A DNA stretch of 64,000 bases from an uncultured delta proteobacterium (lineage in GTDB: Bacteria > Desulfobacterota > Binatia > UBA9968), in contig CAWDPO010000006.1 in NCBI GenBank assembly GCA_963804165.1, positions 237,552-301,551 on the forward strand, read 5' to 3'. Below the pieces are notes generated by a model. The model was not told the origin of the DNA, did no database searches, and worked only from the letters and a program-made list of their open reading frames with translations. Made by a program: the position numbers and the translations under genes. Positions 17,088-27,605 of this stretch are shown piece after piece (position 1 is the stretch's first letter; the number at the start of each line of letters is the position of its first letter).

Positions 17088-18008
17088 ATGGAAGAGAAAA
17101 GAGGAATTTTTGAATCGGTAAAGGACGGTGTTGTCGGAACGATCAGAGGAACCGGTGACGTAGCGAAAGCGGTGGTGGATACTGTGAGCGGGACCTTGTC
17201 TCATACAATCAAGGGAACGGGCGCGGTGGGGACCGCGTTGATCGAAACTGTTTCGGACGTCGGACGCGCGGCGATCCGTGGAGTGTCCGATGTCGGCGGC
17301 GACGTAGGATCGGCTGCGAAGAGCGCCGTGGTAGGAACGCTGCGCGGGACCAAGGAAACCAGCATAGAAGCGGCGGATGCGATAAAGGCAGCCACCAGCA
17401 GCGTGATCAAAGAAACATCGGCGGTTGCCGGCGACCTTGGCAACGCGGCAAAAGGCGCCATGCAAGGAGCGATTACCGGCGCCAAAGAAATCGGCCTGAA
17501 TGCGACAGAGGCAACCGCGGCGGCGGCAAATGGCATCCTCAAGTCAACCAGCGAAGTTCTTTCCGGCACCGGCAAGGCCGGAGCGTCATTGTTTGCGGCC
17601 TCCTCCGGGGTGATTCGCTCCGCCATTCAAGCGGTCGTCGACGTTGGTGGTGACGTCGGTTCGGGTGCCAAGGGCGCCGTTCTCGGAGTCTTGCAAGGAA
17701 CCAAAGCCAGCGGCAAAGAGGCATTGGAGGCGATCAGCGAGACGAGCAGCAATCTCGTTAAAGGTACGTCGGACGTTGCCGGTGATATCGCGAAAGCCGC
17801 CAAAGGCGCGGTGCAGGGAGCGATCGAGGGAGCAAAAGAAATCAGTTTGGATACCACGGAAGCGGCATCAGCGGCGGCCACCGGCGCGCTGAAGGCAGCT
17901 GAACAGATCAGCTCGAAAGCCGCGCAACAAGTGCGCAAGGCGGTGACCGGCACCATCGCCGGTGTGAAAGTCGTACTGAAGGAACCTTTCAAATCAAATA
18001 AATCCTGA
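17088..18008 (+). CDS. Ala/Gly/Thr/Val-rich amphipathic repeat protein (22-aa period, 117-aa internal duplication)
   Basis: AGGAGAGG RBS; DVGGDVGS at aa 68 and 185; GAKEI at aa 131 and 248. Confidence 0.8.
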   Translation: MEEKRGIFESVKDGVVGTIRGTGDVAKAVVDTVSGTLSHTIKGTGAVGTALIETVSDVGRAAIRGVSDVGGDVGSAAKSAVVGTLRGTKETSIEAADAIKAATSSVIKETSAVAGDLGNAAKGAMQGAITGAKEIGLNATEATAAAANGILKSTSEVLSGTGKAGASLFAASSGVIRSAIQAVVDVGGDVGSGAKGAVLGVLQGTKASGKEALEAISETSSNLVKGTSDVAGDIAKAAKGAVQGAIEGAKEISLDTTEAASAAATGALKAAEQISSKAAQQVRKAVTGTIAGVKVVLKEPFKSNKS

Positions 18009-18040
18009 GCCGGTTAAGTTGGCGCGAAAAAACCCTGTGT

Positions 18041-18105
18041 GTAGTGGGCTCATTTTGCCAGTTGCGATCGGTCGCGGCCGACACTCTGACAAAATGACCC
18101 ACTAC
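18041..18105. repeat. Inverted-repeat element between convergent genes (MITE/REP-like; possible terminator)
   Basis: GTAGTGGGCTCATTTTGCCA ... TGACAAAATGACCCACTAC. Confidence 0.65.
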
Positions 18106-18124
18106 TGAAATGCATGACTGGTTC

Positions 18125-19411
18125 TTAACGCGCCGCAGGGCTCGATCCAGACTGGGGAAATCTGACGATCGTTGCCGAATTTTCCTCGGTCAAGGATCTT
18201 AGACTTTTCCCCTCCAGCGCTTTTCGTACGGCGTGATCACGTTGCAGCAGGACTTGGTTAGCGGGGCCGGCATGATCGATCGTTAGCGCAGCGGAAGCGT
18301 CCACAATATCGAGAATATCTTTGACATCGACGGTTTCAGGCGGTCGTGCCAACGCGACGCCTTCAGGCTCAGCGGATCTAAGCAAAATTCCCGCTCTAAC
18401 ATATTCGTCGAAGAGATTGTCCAGACTCGGCACACCAAGATAAGCGGCAAGCTCGGTGGCTTGCCAGGGTGGCGCTTGAGAAAGATGGCGGCGGGCAATC
18501 TCGACCAGCGCCGAAAGGGCGAGCCATTCCTGGAATCGATGACCCTTGCCACCGGGCAGCGCTTCACGGATGAAGGCGGAAGGGTGTTGGTGAAAATAAG
18601 CGACTTCAGCGCCGACCAGGAAAATGAGCCAGCCGACGTAAACCCAGATAAGAAAGACAACGATGATCGCGAAGCTCGAGTAAATGGCAGCGTAGCGGGC
18701 AGAGTTCGCAACGAAGACGGCAAATGCCGTGCCGACGAGCTGCCACAGAATACCCGCGGCGGCTCCGCCGATCAGCGCCGAACTAAGCCGCACGCGGGTG
18801 TAGGGAATCAATTTGTAGAGAAAAGCGAACGTGGCGCAAAAGAGCACAAAAGGCATGACGTTGGTCGTCAGTGTAAAAATGTAACTCACGAAGCCAATTC
18901 GAACGAGGCGCTCCACCAACCAGTAACTTTGCGCCGAGGCGATGAGAGTTAAAGCGGTAAAAACCATAACCGGCCCTACCAACACCACACTCAGATAAGC
19001 CGTGATCCTCTGGCCCCATGTGCGGGAGCGCGGCAAGCGCCAGATCCGATTGAGCGCGTCCTCGATCTTGGCCACCAGTGTGACCACGGTATAAAACAAC
19101 ATGGCCATGCCCGCTGCGCCGAGGATGCCGACGCGGAGATTGTCAACGAAGGTCATGATCTTGATAGTCACCGCCGATGCTTCTTCGCCGAGCGGTTGCA
19201 GCAGCTGCGCCAGAAAGGGCTCCAGAGCATTTTGCACGCCGAAGGACTTAAGCACGGAGAACATCACGGCAAGGAAAGGGACTAACGATAGCAACGTGGA
19301 GTAGGTCAAGCTCATCGCCTGGAGACTGAGCACGTCATCGCGATACCGTGAGTTGACAATGATGGTCGCCCGGTAGAGCGCCCGTTGAACTTTGGCGAGA
19401 ATCGAACTCAT
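18125..19411 (-). CDS. YihY/BrkB-family membrane protein with C-terminal Rrf2-like wHTH
   Basis: LTYSTLLSLVP, IEDALNRIW, AIYSSFA, IFLVGAE; LARPPETV tail. Confidence 0.9.
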   Translation of the reverse strand: MSSILAKVQRALYRATIIVNSRYRDDVLSLQAMSLTYSTLLSLVPFLAVMFSVLKSFGVQNALEPFLAQLLQPLGEEASAVTIKIMTFVDNLRVGILGAAGMAMLFYTVVTLVAKIEDALNRIWRLPRSRTWGQRITAYLSVVLVGPVMVFTALTLIASAQSYWLVERLVRIGFVSYIFTLTTNVMPFVLFCATFAFLYKLIPYTRVRLSSALIGGAAAGILWQLVGTAFAVFVANSARYAAIYSSFAIIVVFLIWVYVGWLIFLVGAEVAYFHQHPSAFIREALPGGKGHRFQEWLALSALVEIARRHLSQAPPWQATELAAYLGVPSLDNLFDEYVRAGILLRSAEPEGVALARPPETVDVKDILDIVDASAALTIDHAGPANQVLLQRDHAVRKALEGKSLRSLTEENSATIVRFPQSGSSPAAR

Positions 19412-19665
19412 AAGTCAACCTCGCTTCCAACTAATATTTTAGTTCTTTATACGGAGAACTCTAGTGGGAAGGGCGAGGTCGCATCGGGAGAATTTTTCAA
19501 ACAGGGGAAGCAGGAAAATAGTCTCACGCACGACCGTCAGGCAATATCTCTCGTAGAGTTTCGCATGCCTCGTTCACCGCGCTGAGGACACGGTGCGGGG
19601 AGCACAAAAGCAAAAGTCCAATGGCAGCGAATTGACATTCGCTGCGAAAGAGTTACCAAGATCCC

Positions 19666-20409
19666 ATGGCAGCGCATCTTGCCATGAGGTCAGGCAATCC
19701 GGTTTTAGCCGGAGACACTTTCCGAAGAGAGCGGGCTCTCGTCGGCAACGACGCCATGACCGTAGCCGGGACAGTCAACAAGACCGCCCTAGTCTTGGCG
19801 ATCTTGTTCGTCACGGCGACGTTTACCTGGGGACAGGGTCCGGCCGCCACGGGCTATGTGCTAGTGGGCGTACTGGGCGGGATGGTCGTCGCGCTGGTTA
19901 CGGTTTTCAAGAAAACCTGGGCACCGGTGACCGCGCCGATTTACGGGGCGTTCGAGGGTCTTGCCCTCGGCGGGATTTCCGCGATGATCGAAAGCCGTTA
20001 TCCGGGTATTGTCAGCCAGGCCATTTTCCTCACCTTCGGCACGCTCGCCGCCTTGCTGATCGCCTATCGGTCTGGATGGATTCAAGCAACGGAAAATTTC
20101 AAGTTGGGCGTCGCGGCCGCCACCGGCGGAATTTTTTTCGTCTATCTCATCGGTTTCGTGCTCAGTTTTTTCGGCATGAGCATCCCGCTGATTCACGGCA
20201 GCGGAACCTTCGGCATTCTTTTCAGTCTGTTCGTCGTGGTCATCGCCGCGCTGAATCTGGTACTGGACTTTGACTTCATCGAGCAAGGCGCCGAACAAGG
20301 CGCGCCAAAATACATGGAATGGTACGGCGCCTTTGCCCTCTTGGTCACGTTAGTCTGGCTCTATCTTGAAATTCTCCGCCTCCTCACCAAGCTGCAGGAA
20401 CGGCGCTAG
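19666..20409 (+). CDS. Bax inhibitor-1/YccA-family membrane protein
   Basis: MRSGNPVL, LVLDFDFIE, EWYGAFALLVTLVWLYLEILRLL. Confidence 0.92.
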   Translation: MAAHLAMRSGNPVLAGDTFRRERALVGNDAMTVAGTVNKTALVLAILFVTATFTWGQGPAATGYVLVGVLGGMVVALVTVFKKTWAPVTAPIYGAFEGLALGGISAMIESRYPGIVSQAIFLTFGTLAALLIAYRSGWIQATENFKLGVAAATGGIFFVYLIGFVLSFFGMSIPLIHGSGTFGILFSLFVVVIAALNLVLDFDFIEQGAEQGAPKYMEWYGAFALLVTLVWLYLEILRLLTKLQERR

Positions 20410-20878
20410 ACAATAAGTTTGCGAAACCCTCTGCCGCGTCGATTGGCGCGGCGATGCGCCGTCGCGAACTCAACTCCAATCACGCCGCCGCAAAAAGAGG
20501 AAACAGCTCTGAAAAATGATCTGTGATCGATCATCGGAACCCTGCCGTCGAGCAAATCGCAATTGGAGAGCACGTTACCGATCTAGACATCGGAATCGGA
20601 TCGGGTATACCTTTGGACGATGGCAGCCTCCAAAAACGACCGACTGACAGGCCGGCAGTTCACGGAATTACGGCGTCCGGCGGCTTGCGGTAAGACCGCG
20701 CGATACAGGCCGCCCGTCGCCGACGATCACGCAGAGGGCGGATCCCTTGGCTCCTTACCCGGAGATATCAGCTTGACCCGTCTCAGTCGATGAAATACGC
20801 TTCTGACCGCATTGACGCTTATCAGTATCTGAATCTAAACGTCCGCCAGATGTCGGCTTACAATTCACCGGAGGAACT

Positions 20879-21364
20879 ATGAGTTTTGTCCTAATTCCGA
20901 GTTTGCAGAAAACCGCGCGAGTTGCCCCGTTCGTTTTCATCGCACTGATATTGACTTCACCTGTAATGGCTACAGCCGGTGCGGCAGAAGACGCGATTGC
21001 GGCGATGGATCGTTGGTCGGCAGCATACAGCGCAAACGATCCAGAGGCGGTGGTTAAAAATTATCGGCCGGACGCAATTCTGCTCGGAACGGTAAGTCCG
21101 GTTTTATCGCAGGGCACGGACGCGATCCGGGTTTATTTCTCAGGTCTAAAAGGAAGTGGAAACAAGAACGTCATTGGTGAACGGCATACAATGGTACTCA
21201 GTGACAACGCCGTAATAGTCACTGGCTTTTACCAGTTTATCCGCATGAAGGATGGCCAGGCTGTACCCGACCCTGCGCGGTTCACTATCCTCCTTATTAA
21301 GGATGGCGGCGAATGGCTTATTGCTCATCACCATTCCTCGCCGCGCGCGCAACCAGCTAAGTAA
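20879..21364 (+). CDS. Secreted SgcJ/EcaC/DUF4440 NTF2-like protein
   Basis: Signal peptide; YRPDAILLGTVS; WLIAHHHSS. Confidence 0.85.
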   Translation: MSFVLIPSLQKTARVAPFVFIALILTSPVMATAGAAEDAIAAMDRWSAAYSANDPEAVVKNYRPDAILLGTVSPVLSQGTDAIRVYFSGLKGSGNKNVIGERHTMVLSDNAVIVTGFYQFIRMKDGQAVPDPARFTILLIKDGGEWLIAHHHSSPRAQPAK

Positions 21365-21820
21365 GACTAGCCCGGTCGGGTGATGCTGTGCGTTGGCTCG
21401 TACACGTAATCTGTGATCCCTGTCACCTTCACCGAACACGTCAGAAGAAGAACACAGCCTAAAGCTTAAGTTAGCGCAGGCTGCGGCCAGCCGAATTGGC
21501 TGAATCCACTCTGCGCAGTCGTTTACCAAAGTGCAAACGTCGTGAGCTTCCATCGCCTCTGAGGGAAACGACTGCAGGATCGTTCAACTATCATCGACGA
21601 ATCAACAGCGCATTTCGAACCTTCAATCGCGCCACTGCTGTCCCATTTCTTGGGTTCAGCGGGAGGGGTCGGGATGTGTGATCGCAACGGAGAAAAAGTA
21701 GCCTATTTCCTTTAATTTCCCCTGCCGGTGTACGGTCCTGTCCAAATCGGGTAGGTTCAAACGTCATTAGATTGAAGCATCGCGATCGGCCGTAATGCGC
21801 GGCCGAAGAAGGCGCTATCG

Positions 21821-22426
21821 ATGACGATAAAGGCTATACGAGTTCGCCCCACCCGATCGATCCGCGTGCGCTGGACGCTCCAAGAGCTGGGCGTGGATTT
21901 CGAACCCATCCGTGTCGACCTCCTGGCCGGCGAGCACCGCCGCCCCGAGTTCCTCAAGATCAATCCCGCCGGGAAGATTCCCGTGCTCGTCGACGCCGAC
22001 CTAGTGCTCACCGAGTCTGTGGCCATCGTGCTCTACTTGGCCGACAAGTATTCCGACAAGGACCTGATCCCCACCGACCTCAAGGAGCGAGTCCAGGTCA
22101 ACCGCTGGCTCCTCTACGCGGCGACGGAGTTGGAGCAGCCGCTGTGGCGCATCTCTCGCCATACGGTGCTGTATCCGGAAGAGCAGCGCTTGCCTGGAGA
22201 TGTGATTCTCGCGAGCCAGGAGTTCAAGGAAATGGCATCCGTGCTGGAGGAGCACATGCAACGGCGGCAGTTCGTCGTGGGCGATAGTGTGACGGTTGCC
22301 GATTTTGTGATGGCATACACGCTCGACTGGGGCAACGGACCAGTTGCTGGACGGCTGCCCGCACCTGCTGGACTACATGAAGCGGATGTACGCCCGCCCG
22401 AATGCGCCGGCGCCATCAAGCCTTGA
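21821..22426 (+). pseudogene. Glutathione S-transferase, disrupted by frameshifts
   Basis: RSIRVRWTLQEL, INPAGKIPVL, LTESVAIVLYL; C-terminal LLDGCPHLLDYMKRMYARP in another frame after about 22340; N-terminal LYEFAP also out of frame. Confidence 0.75.
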
Positions 22427-22521
22427 GCGGCAGGGTTATGAAGTACTAAGCCCGAACGCATTTAGCTCGGATAGCTCCAGTAACTGCTGCGGGAAGAGAG
22501 CAAGCGGATCTAACTTTTTGA

Positions 22522-23019
22522 CTAGACCCGCGTTTGATTCGACTGGACACGCTTTCGGCAAAGGTCAAGAAATAGTGGATGGAAGGATGAAACGGTACGG
22601 TCTTCTCCTTGTTCCTGACCCGCATTGTCTCTATACCGGATTGTGATCGAAATTCGCCTTTTCTGCAGCTCGAGCAGCTTGACCGCTCTGGAATCGAGGT
22701 CGGCGCCTATGGTGCGCAGGATACTCGAAACACTCTGGAAATTCGGGAGGCGTCCAGAATCAGAACGTTTCGCTCGCCCGGCTTGAGATAATCGTTCAAT
22801 GTCAGCCAGGCCGAGCGCTAGAGACGCCGTGCCGGAACCCATGTGTAATTGCCGGAGCCACTGCCGTGCCTTCGACCGGAGTGAGCCAGTCTGATCAGGC
22901 GCACCATCAATGATATAGTTATCTTCAGTTTGCTTTAGGTCAAAGACGCTAATGTCTCTAGCTTCGAGCGCCTGGCCAATAGCTCTGAGCTCTTCATCGT
23001 AACGTCTCGTAGCCGCCAT
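22522..23019 (-). CDS. Hypothetical protein with two LRxIGxxLxxR repeats
   Basis: GGAGG RBS; ELRAIGQALEAR and ILRTIGADLDSR. Confidence 0.7.
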   Translation of the reverse strand: MAATRRYDEELRAIGQALEARDISVFDLKQTEDNYIIDGAPDQTGSLRSKARQWLRQLHMGSGTASLALGLADIERLSQAGRAKRSDSGRLPNFQSVSSILRTIGADLDSRAVKLLELQKRRISITIRYRDNAGQEQGEDRTVSSFHPLFLDLCRKRVQSNQTRV

Positions 23020-23253
23020 AGCACACCTCCGGTTAAGGTAAATTAAAATTAGCGCGGACGGCGAGGCTTCCTCATAAATCAGGTGTAGGCTAGAAGCAAG
23101 GGATAGGCTGACCCTCCCGCTGACTCGACGCAACGATATGAAAATATATCGTCGCCGTCTGTAAAGATCACAGGTTTGCGGCTATAGAGTGCTCAGGAGT
23201 AGCGTTCGGAACCCCGCATCGGGTATAGAGATCTTCCGGGATGGTGGTGCAAT

Positions 23254-23514
23254 ATGAAACTGTCTCTCAAAGCCATGGTCATCGCTGGCGCCCTGTTCAA
23301 AGCCGTCGCCTTTCTATTTATCTCGCTGCTGAATCTCATCCTGCGGCCCTACGGCGGCGCTTACCTCGCGATGCTAAGCTCGCTCTACCCCGGCTATGAC
23401 CCAGTCACCGTACCGATTGGCATGATCGTCGGCACACTCTATTCTTTACTCGCCGGAGCGCTCGCGGGCCTTCTTTTCGGCTGCCTTTACAATTTTTTTG
23501 CAGACCGTACTTAG
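23254..23514 (+). CDS. Small two-TM membrane protein
   Basis: Two hydrophobic helices around SSLYPGYD; LFGCLYN tail. Confidence 0.7.
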   Translation: MKLSLKAMVIAGALFKAVAFLFISLLNLILRPYGGAYLAMLSSLYPGYDPVTVPIGMIVGTLYSLLAGALAGLLFGCLYNFFADRT

Positions 23515-23753
23515 CAACAAGGGAAAAACGGGCCTCCGAGGTACTCGCTCTGACGCTCAGCGACGCCCTCAGCGTTTCCGCGGTGAGATGTTCAAAATCG
23601 GCTTGGCGTAACTCGCGGTGTATGAACGCATTCGCTTGGCGTTTGTTATGTCGTGATAAAATACAATGAGATGAAAGCTCATCGGAAAGAACTCCTGTCG
23701 GCTTGTCGCATCCGCCGGCCCGCGACACCGGTCAGGCGGTAGGCAAACACTTC

Positions 23754-24404
23754 ATGACAACCGTAACGAACCGACGAATTCCGATGTGGGTGAAGGTGGC
23801 GTACTCCGCCTTCGTGGCTGTCGTTGTGCCGTCCTATTGGGTCACTTACAGTCCGTGGAACTTTCTCTACTTTTGTGACATCGCGCTGCTGGTCACCGCG
23901 CTGGCGATCTGGATCGAAAGCCCACTCCTCGTCAGCATGCAAGCGGTCGCCATCACGTTGCCGCAGATGTTGTGGGTGGTCGATTTTCTGTGCCGGCTGA
24001 TTGCGGGCGTAAACATAACCGGCGTGACCAGCTACATGCTCGATTCGAGCATCCCACTGTTTTTGCGCGCACTCTCGTTATTTCATGGTTGGCTACCATT
24101 TGTCCTGTTGTGGTTGGTCTCGCGCTTGGGCTACGACTGGCGCGCGCTTGGCATGCAATCCGTGATCGCGATCGTGGTCTTGCTCGTTTCGTATCTGTTC
24201 GCTCCGGCCCCGCCACCCTCTGCCAGCCATCCCACCTGGGCAGTCAACATCAATTACGTTTACGGACTCGACGACAAGCAGCCCCAGACGGTGATGGCGC
24301 CTTGGTTGTGGTTGCTTTTGTTGATGGCCGTCAATGTAATTGCGGTCTACGTACCAACTCACTTCGTGCTGCGACGTTTCTTCAAAGCGCCCTCCTCGCG
24401 TTGA
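23754..24404 (+). CDS. Conserved multi-pass membrane protein
   Basis: NFLYFCDIAL, LSLFHGWLP, NINYVYG, YVPTH. Confidence 0.75.
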   Translation: MTTVTNRRIPMWVKVAYSAFVAVVVPSYWVTYSPWNFLYFCDIALLVTALAIWIESPLLVSMQAVAITLPQMLWVVDFLCRLIAGVNITGVTSYMLDSSIPLFLRALSLFHGWLPFVLLWLVSRLGYDWRALGMQSVIAIVVLLVSYLFAPAPPPSASHPTWAVNINYVYGLDDKQPQTVMAPWLWLLLLMAVNVIAVYVPTHFVLRRFFKAPSSR

Positions 24405-24627
24405 GGACACTCAGGAAATCGCGCTACGCGAAGGTTACTTCAGGTACAGTGACCTAAACCGATTGTAAGATCAGCTGAACGTTACCCTACCGCGCAACAC
24501 CTAGCACGTTCGATGGCACCGGCGGGTGGAGAGAACAGAACTGCACGCCCGGAAAAACATTGAAGGAACGTAAGGGATTCCGCCGCTGACTGGGCCTAGG
24601 AACCAGCCAGCGGCGGAAGTTTCTTTC

Positions 24628-24900
24628 TTAGTCGGCCTGCCGCGAAGTACCGCTGCCGCTGTCACTGGAGCTGCCGCTACCGCTAGTCGTACTACCGCTG
24701 CCCGACCTTCTCGTTGCACTGCGCTCGGAATCACTGCTCGTTCCGCTCCCGCTGGAATCAGTAGAGCCTTGACCAGAGCCACGAACCGAAGTCGAATCTC
24801 CTCGGGTACGCACATCAACATCTTTAGCCGCGCATCCGCCGGCCACCAGAGCGAGTGCGAAGAGCCCGGCGATGAAATATCGATCCATCTTGTTCTTCAC
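24628..24900 (-). CDS. Small lipoprotein with Ser/Gly-rich disordered tail
   Basis: Signal peptide with lipobox AGGC; SGSG-rich low-complexity C-terminus. Confidence 0.65.
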   Translation of the reverse strand: MKNKMDRYFIAGLFALALVAGGCAAKDVDVRTRGDSTSVRGSGQGSTDSSGSGTSSDSERSATRRSGSGSTTSGSGSSSDSGSGTSRQAD

Positions 24901-24920
24901 TTTTCTTTAGGTGAGTGGGA

Positions 24921-24935
24921 GCATATCTGATACCA
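24921..24935 (-). promoter_or_regulatory. Candidate sigma54 promoter
   Basis: TGGTATCAGATATGC (GG-N10-GC) just upstream of the lipoprotein. Confidence 0.4.
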
Positions 24936-25156
24936 AAAATGAGGTGTCCCACACGCATGACAAGGCAGCAAAAAAGCAAAAACAATTTCGATTTATCTGT
25001 CTCGGAAATGAGATTACTGTTAGTGCGTCTGGAGAATTTCACTTAAATCAGCAGGAAAAATTCTGACGGATGCTCGCGGCTGAGAATGCCACATGCCAGC
25101 AGAATGTAGGACAGATAAATGGGACGGGCCTTGGTTGTAGTAGATTCTGTTGGGTT

Positions 25157-25651
25157 TTAGAGATATGCCAAGAGCCGGCCGCAAGTGATCACGCCAGCCC
25201 ATAAACAAAGCGAAAGAACCGCTGAGACCTTGGCGGCCGCCGGCATCGCGGATTGTAGATCCCAAATAGCGACCGTCCGAAAGATGCCAGCATGGAAGAC
25301 CGCTGCATTAAGACCCGCGAGGCATAACAGCACAAGCTTCAGTTGAAAAGCGGGGTTGGCCGCCATTTCAGTGGCGTGTGCTGCAAACATCATGGCGCCG
25401 GTGGGCACAATCACGAGCAGACTGCGCCGCGCCCACGGCAGCAGGTGCCTGGCGAGATCGGCGACAGAGATAAAGCGCGAGATGCCGAGCAACCTCAGAT
25501 CGAAGAGCGCAGCGCCGCCCACCAGCACGGAAAATCCGAGAATGTGGAGAATTTCAACGATCGGGTACAGCCACAACCACTCGCGCATGGCCGCCGCGAA
25601 CCCCGTGGTTTCGATCCAGACAAGCCAGGCCGGTCCGCTAGGTGGATGCAT
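25157..25651 (-). CDS. DUF6644-like four-TM membrane protein
   Basis: LYPIVEILHILG, DLRLLG, NPAFQLKL, GRLLAY. Confidence 0.8.
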   Translation of the reverse strand: MHPPSGPAWLVWIETTGFAAAMREWLWLYPIVEILHILGFSVLVGGAALFDLRLLGISRFISVADLARHLLPWARRSLLVIVPTGAMMFAAHATEMAANPAFQLKLVLLCLAGLNAAVFHAGIFRTVAIWDLQSAMPAAAKVSAVLSLCLWAGVITCGRLLAYL

Positions 25652-25681
25652 CGATCGGGGAGTCGAGCTTTAACAAGCTGT

Positions 25682-26038
25682 TTAACGAAGCTCCGTGGTA
25701 CGTCCGCCGATGGTGATGCGCTCCGCGCGCAACTCTTCCGGATCGGTTCGGCTCGGATATCCGAAGACAGCCGCTTCGGTACCGGCGGCGAGATTCTTGC
25801 GCGGCAACTGTCTGCCCTCCATGCGCGACGGCGGCGCGAGAACAACTACCCAGGTCTTGTCCGCAGCCTTGAGCCGCACGAATCCATGGGGATGCTCGTA
25901 ACCCGACTCGACGATGGTTCCTTTCAGCTCCAGCGCTTTGCCCGAGTCGTAACCGCTCCAGCCATGATGGGCGAAAGCCGGCATACTGAACAAGGCGATG
26001 CAGGCTCCGAGACTCGCCGTTCGCCAGATTGGGCTCAT
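25682..26038 (-). CDS. DUF6152-like periplasmic protein
   Basis: Signal peptide then AHHGWSGYD, YEHPHG, ELRAERI; GGAGGAGG RBS. Confidence 0.8.
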   Translation of the reverse strand: MSPIWRTASLGACIALFSMPAFAHHGWSGYDSGKALELKGTIVESGYEHPHGFVRLKAADKTWVVVLAPPSRMEGRQLPRKNLAAGTEAAVFGYPSRTDPEELRAERITIGGRTTELR

Positions 26039-26495
26039 GATCATGCCTCCTCCCGAACCGTGCATTAAGAATGTCACAGGTCAAAAGTCAGCATAGATCG
26101 GCCGTTCACGCGACTCAAGATAGAGTTCAAAGCGAAGAACCGCAGCACCGATCACGCGTAGCCCCTCAAGCGGTGGGAACGGGCGTATCACTTGAACCAA
26201 TCGCATGAAGCCAAATCGCCAATAGGGTCATAGCCAATACTTCAGGAAAGATGGTCAAGATTGTAGATTGTTGCGTCCCTCTTTGGAGGAACGCCATTCG
26301 CAGCTCGTCTATCCGTAAATGCTGGCGCTGATCCATAGGACACGCCGTAGATGCCACTTCACTGATCCAAAGAGACTCTAGCTCATGCGGCTTGACAAGC
26401 AGATCGGCGGGTTGAGTAGCGTCCGTTTACCTGAGGGATCGAGTTGCCGCGCCAGTCTTAAGTTTGTGTCGTCCTACAGGAGGTGGGTTTAAACA

Positions 26496-27217
26496 TGCTG
26501 ATACTCCCACTTGAGCTGTTTCTGATGTTCGGGCTTCCCATTCGCGCTTGCGGCGCCGCTCGACGATTTGGTGGCAGCGGCGAAGAAAGAGGGAGTCATC
26601 GCGTAGGCAACCAGTTCGTCCTTCCCGCCTACAATAGAAACCTCTTACCCGCACAAGATGTGCCGAAGCGCTGGGAAGATCTTCTCGACGCGAAATGGAA
26701 GGGACAGAAGCTCGGCGTATCGACCGCCACCCACCACTTGTCCCGCTTGGCCGTCGGGCCCTGGGGTGAGGCTACAGCTTCGGAATTTGTCAGAGCCATC
26801 GCAAAACAGGATCCCATTCTCGGAACCCTCGCGAATCTGTACACCCGCCTTCAGGTCGGTGAAATTTTATTGGCCGTGACTCTTGTCGATAGTTTTATCT
26901 CTCAAGGGAAGAAAGATGGGGTTCCCATTGTATTTGCCGAAGGTTTGGATCCGGTGATCTCGCCGACTTACAATGCCGGCGTGCCTAAAGGGGCAAGCCA
27001 TCCCAACGTGGGACATCTCTTTGCAGTTTTTCTTACATCGTTGGAAGCGCAAGAGTTGTGGAAAAAGTTCAACGGCCAAACATCGGCGCTTATTCCCGGC
27101 ACCACCGCTTACAAGCATGCCCAGGGCAAACCCCTCTTTCAGATGAATCAGAATCAAGCCCAAACGGTGGAACGGCTGGCTCGACAGTACGGAAAGATTA
27201 TAGGTTTCGAAAGATAG
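26496..27217 (+). pseudogene. Fe/thiamine-type ABC substrate-binding protein with internal deletion
   Basis: Paralog of 61498-62532; DLVAAAKKEGVI joins directly to VGNQFVLPAYN, so about 100 codons are missing. Confidence 0.75.
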
Positions 27218-27605
27218 TGCGATCGCTCGCCATTCGGTCGGATGCAAAATCCTGGCTTTGAACGCCTTGAACCGTTTGCGACCAGATGAACGTCAACTGA
27301 TTAGTTGTAGCTGATGAATTCGCTCCGTCGCCCTTCAGTGACAGGGTGTTTAAAGTCCTCAATGGCCGCTATGCACCCCTGGACAAAACGCAAAGATAAA
27401 GACCCGACCTTAGGAATGTGCTGGGAATGTGTAACCCCGGGGATCTGACTCGTTGGATTCGATGTGTCGTTGCGAAATGGACCAGCGTGCGGGACTGATG
27501 CCGATGCTATGGGTATGCCACGTGTATGACCCTCTGCGTAAGCTCACTCATCGTGGGCGGGCAGGATAATCGATCTTATTCTGCAGCTCTCTCGATGAGA
27601 TCGAA

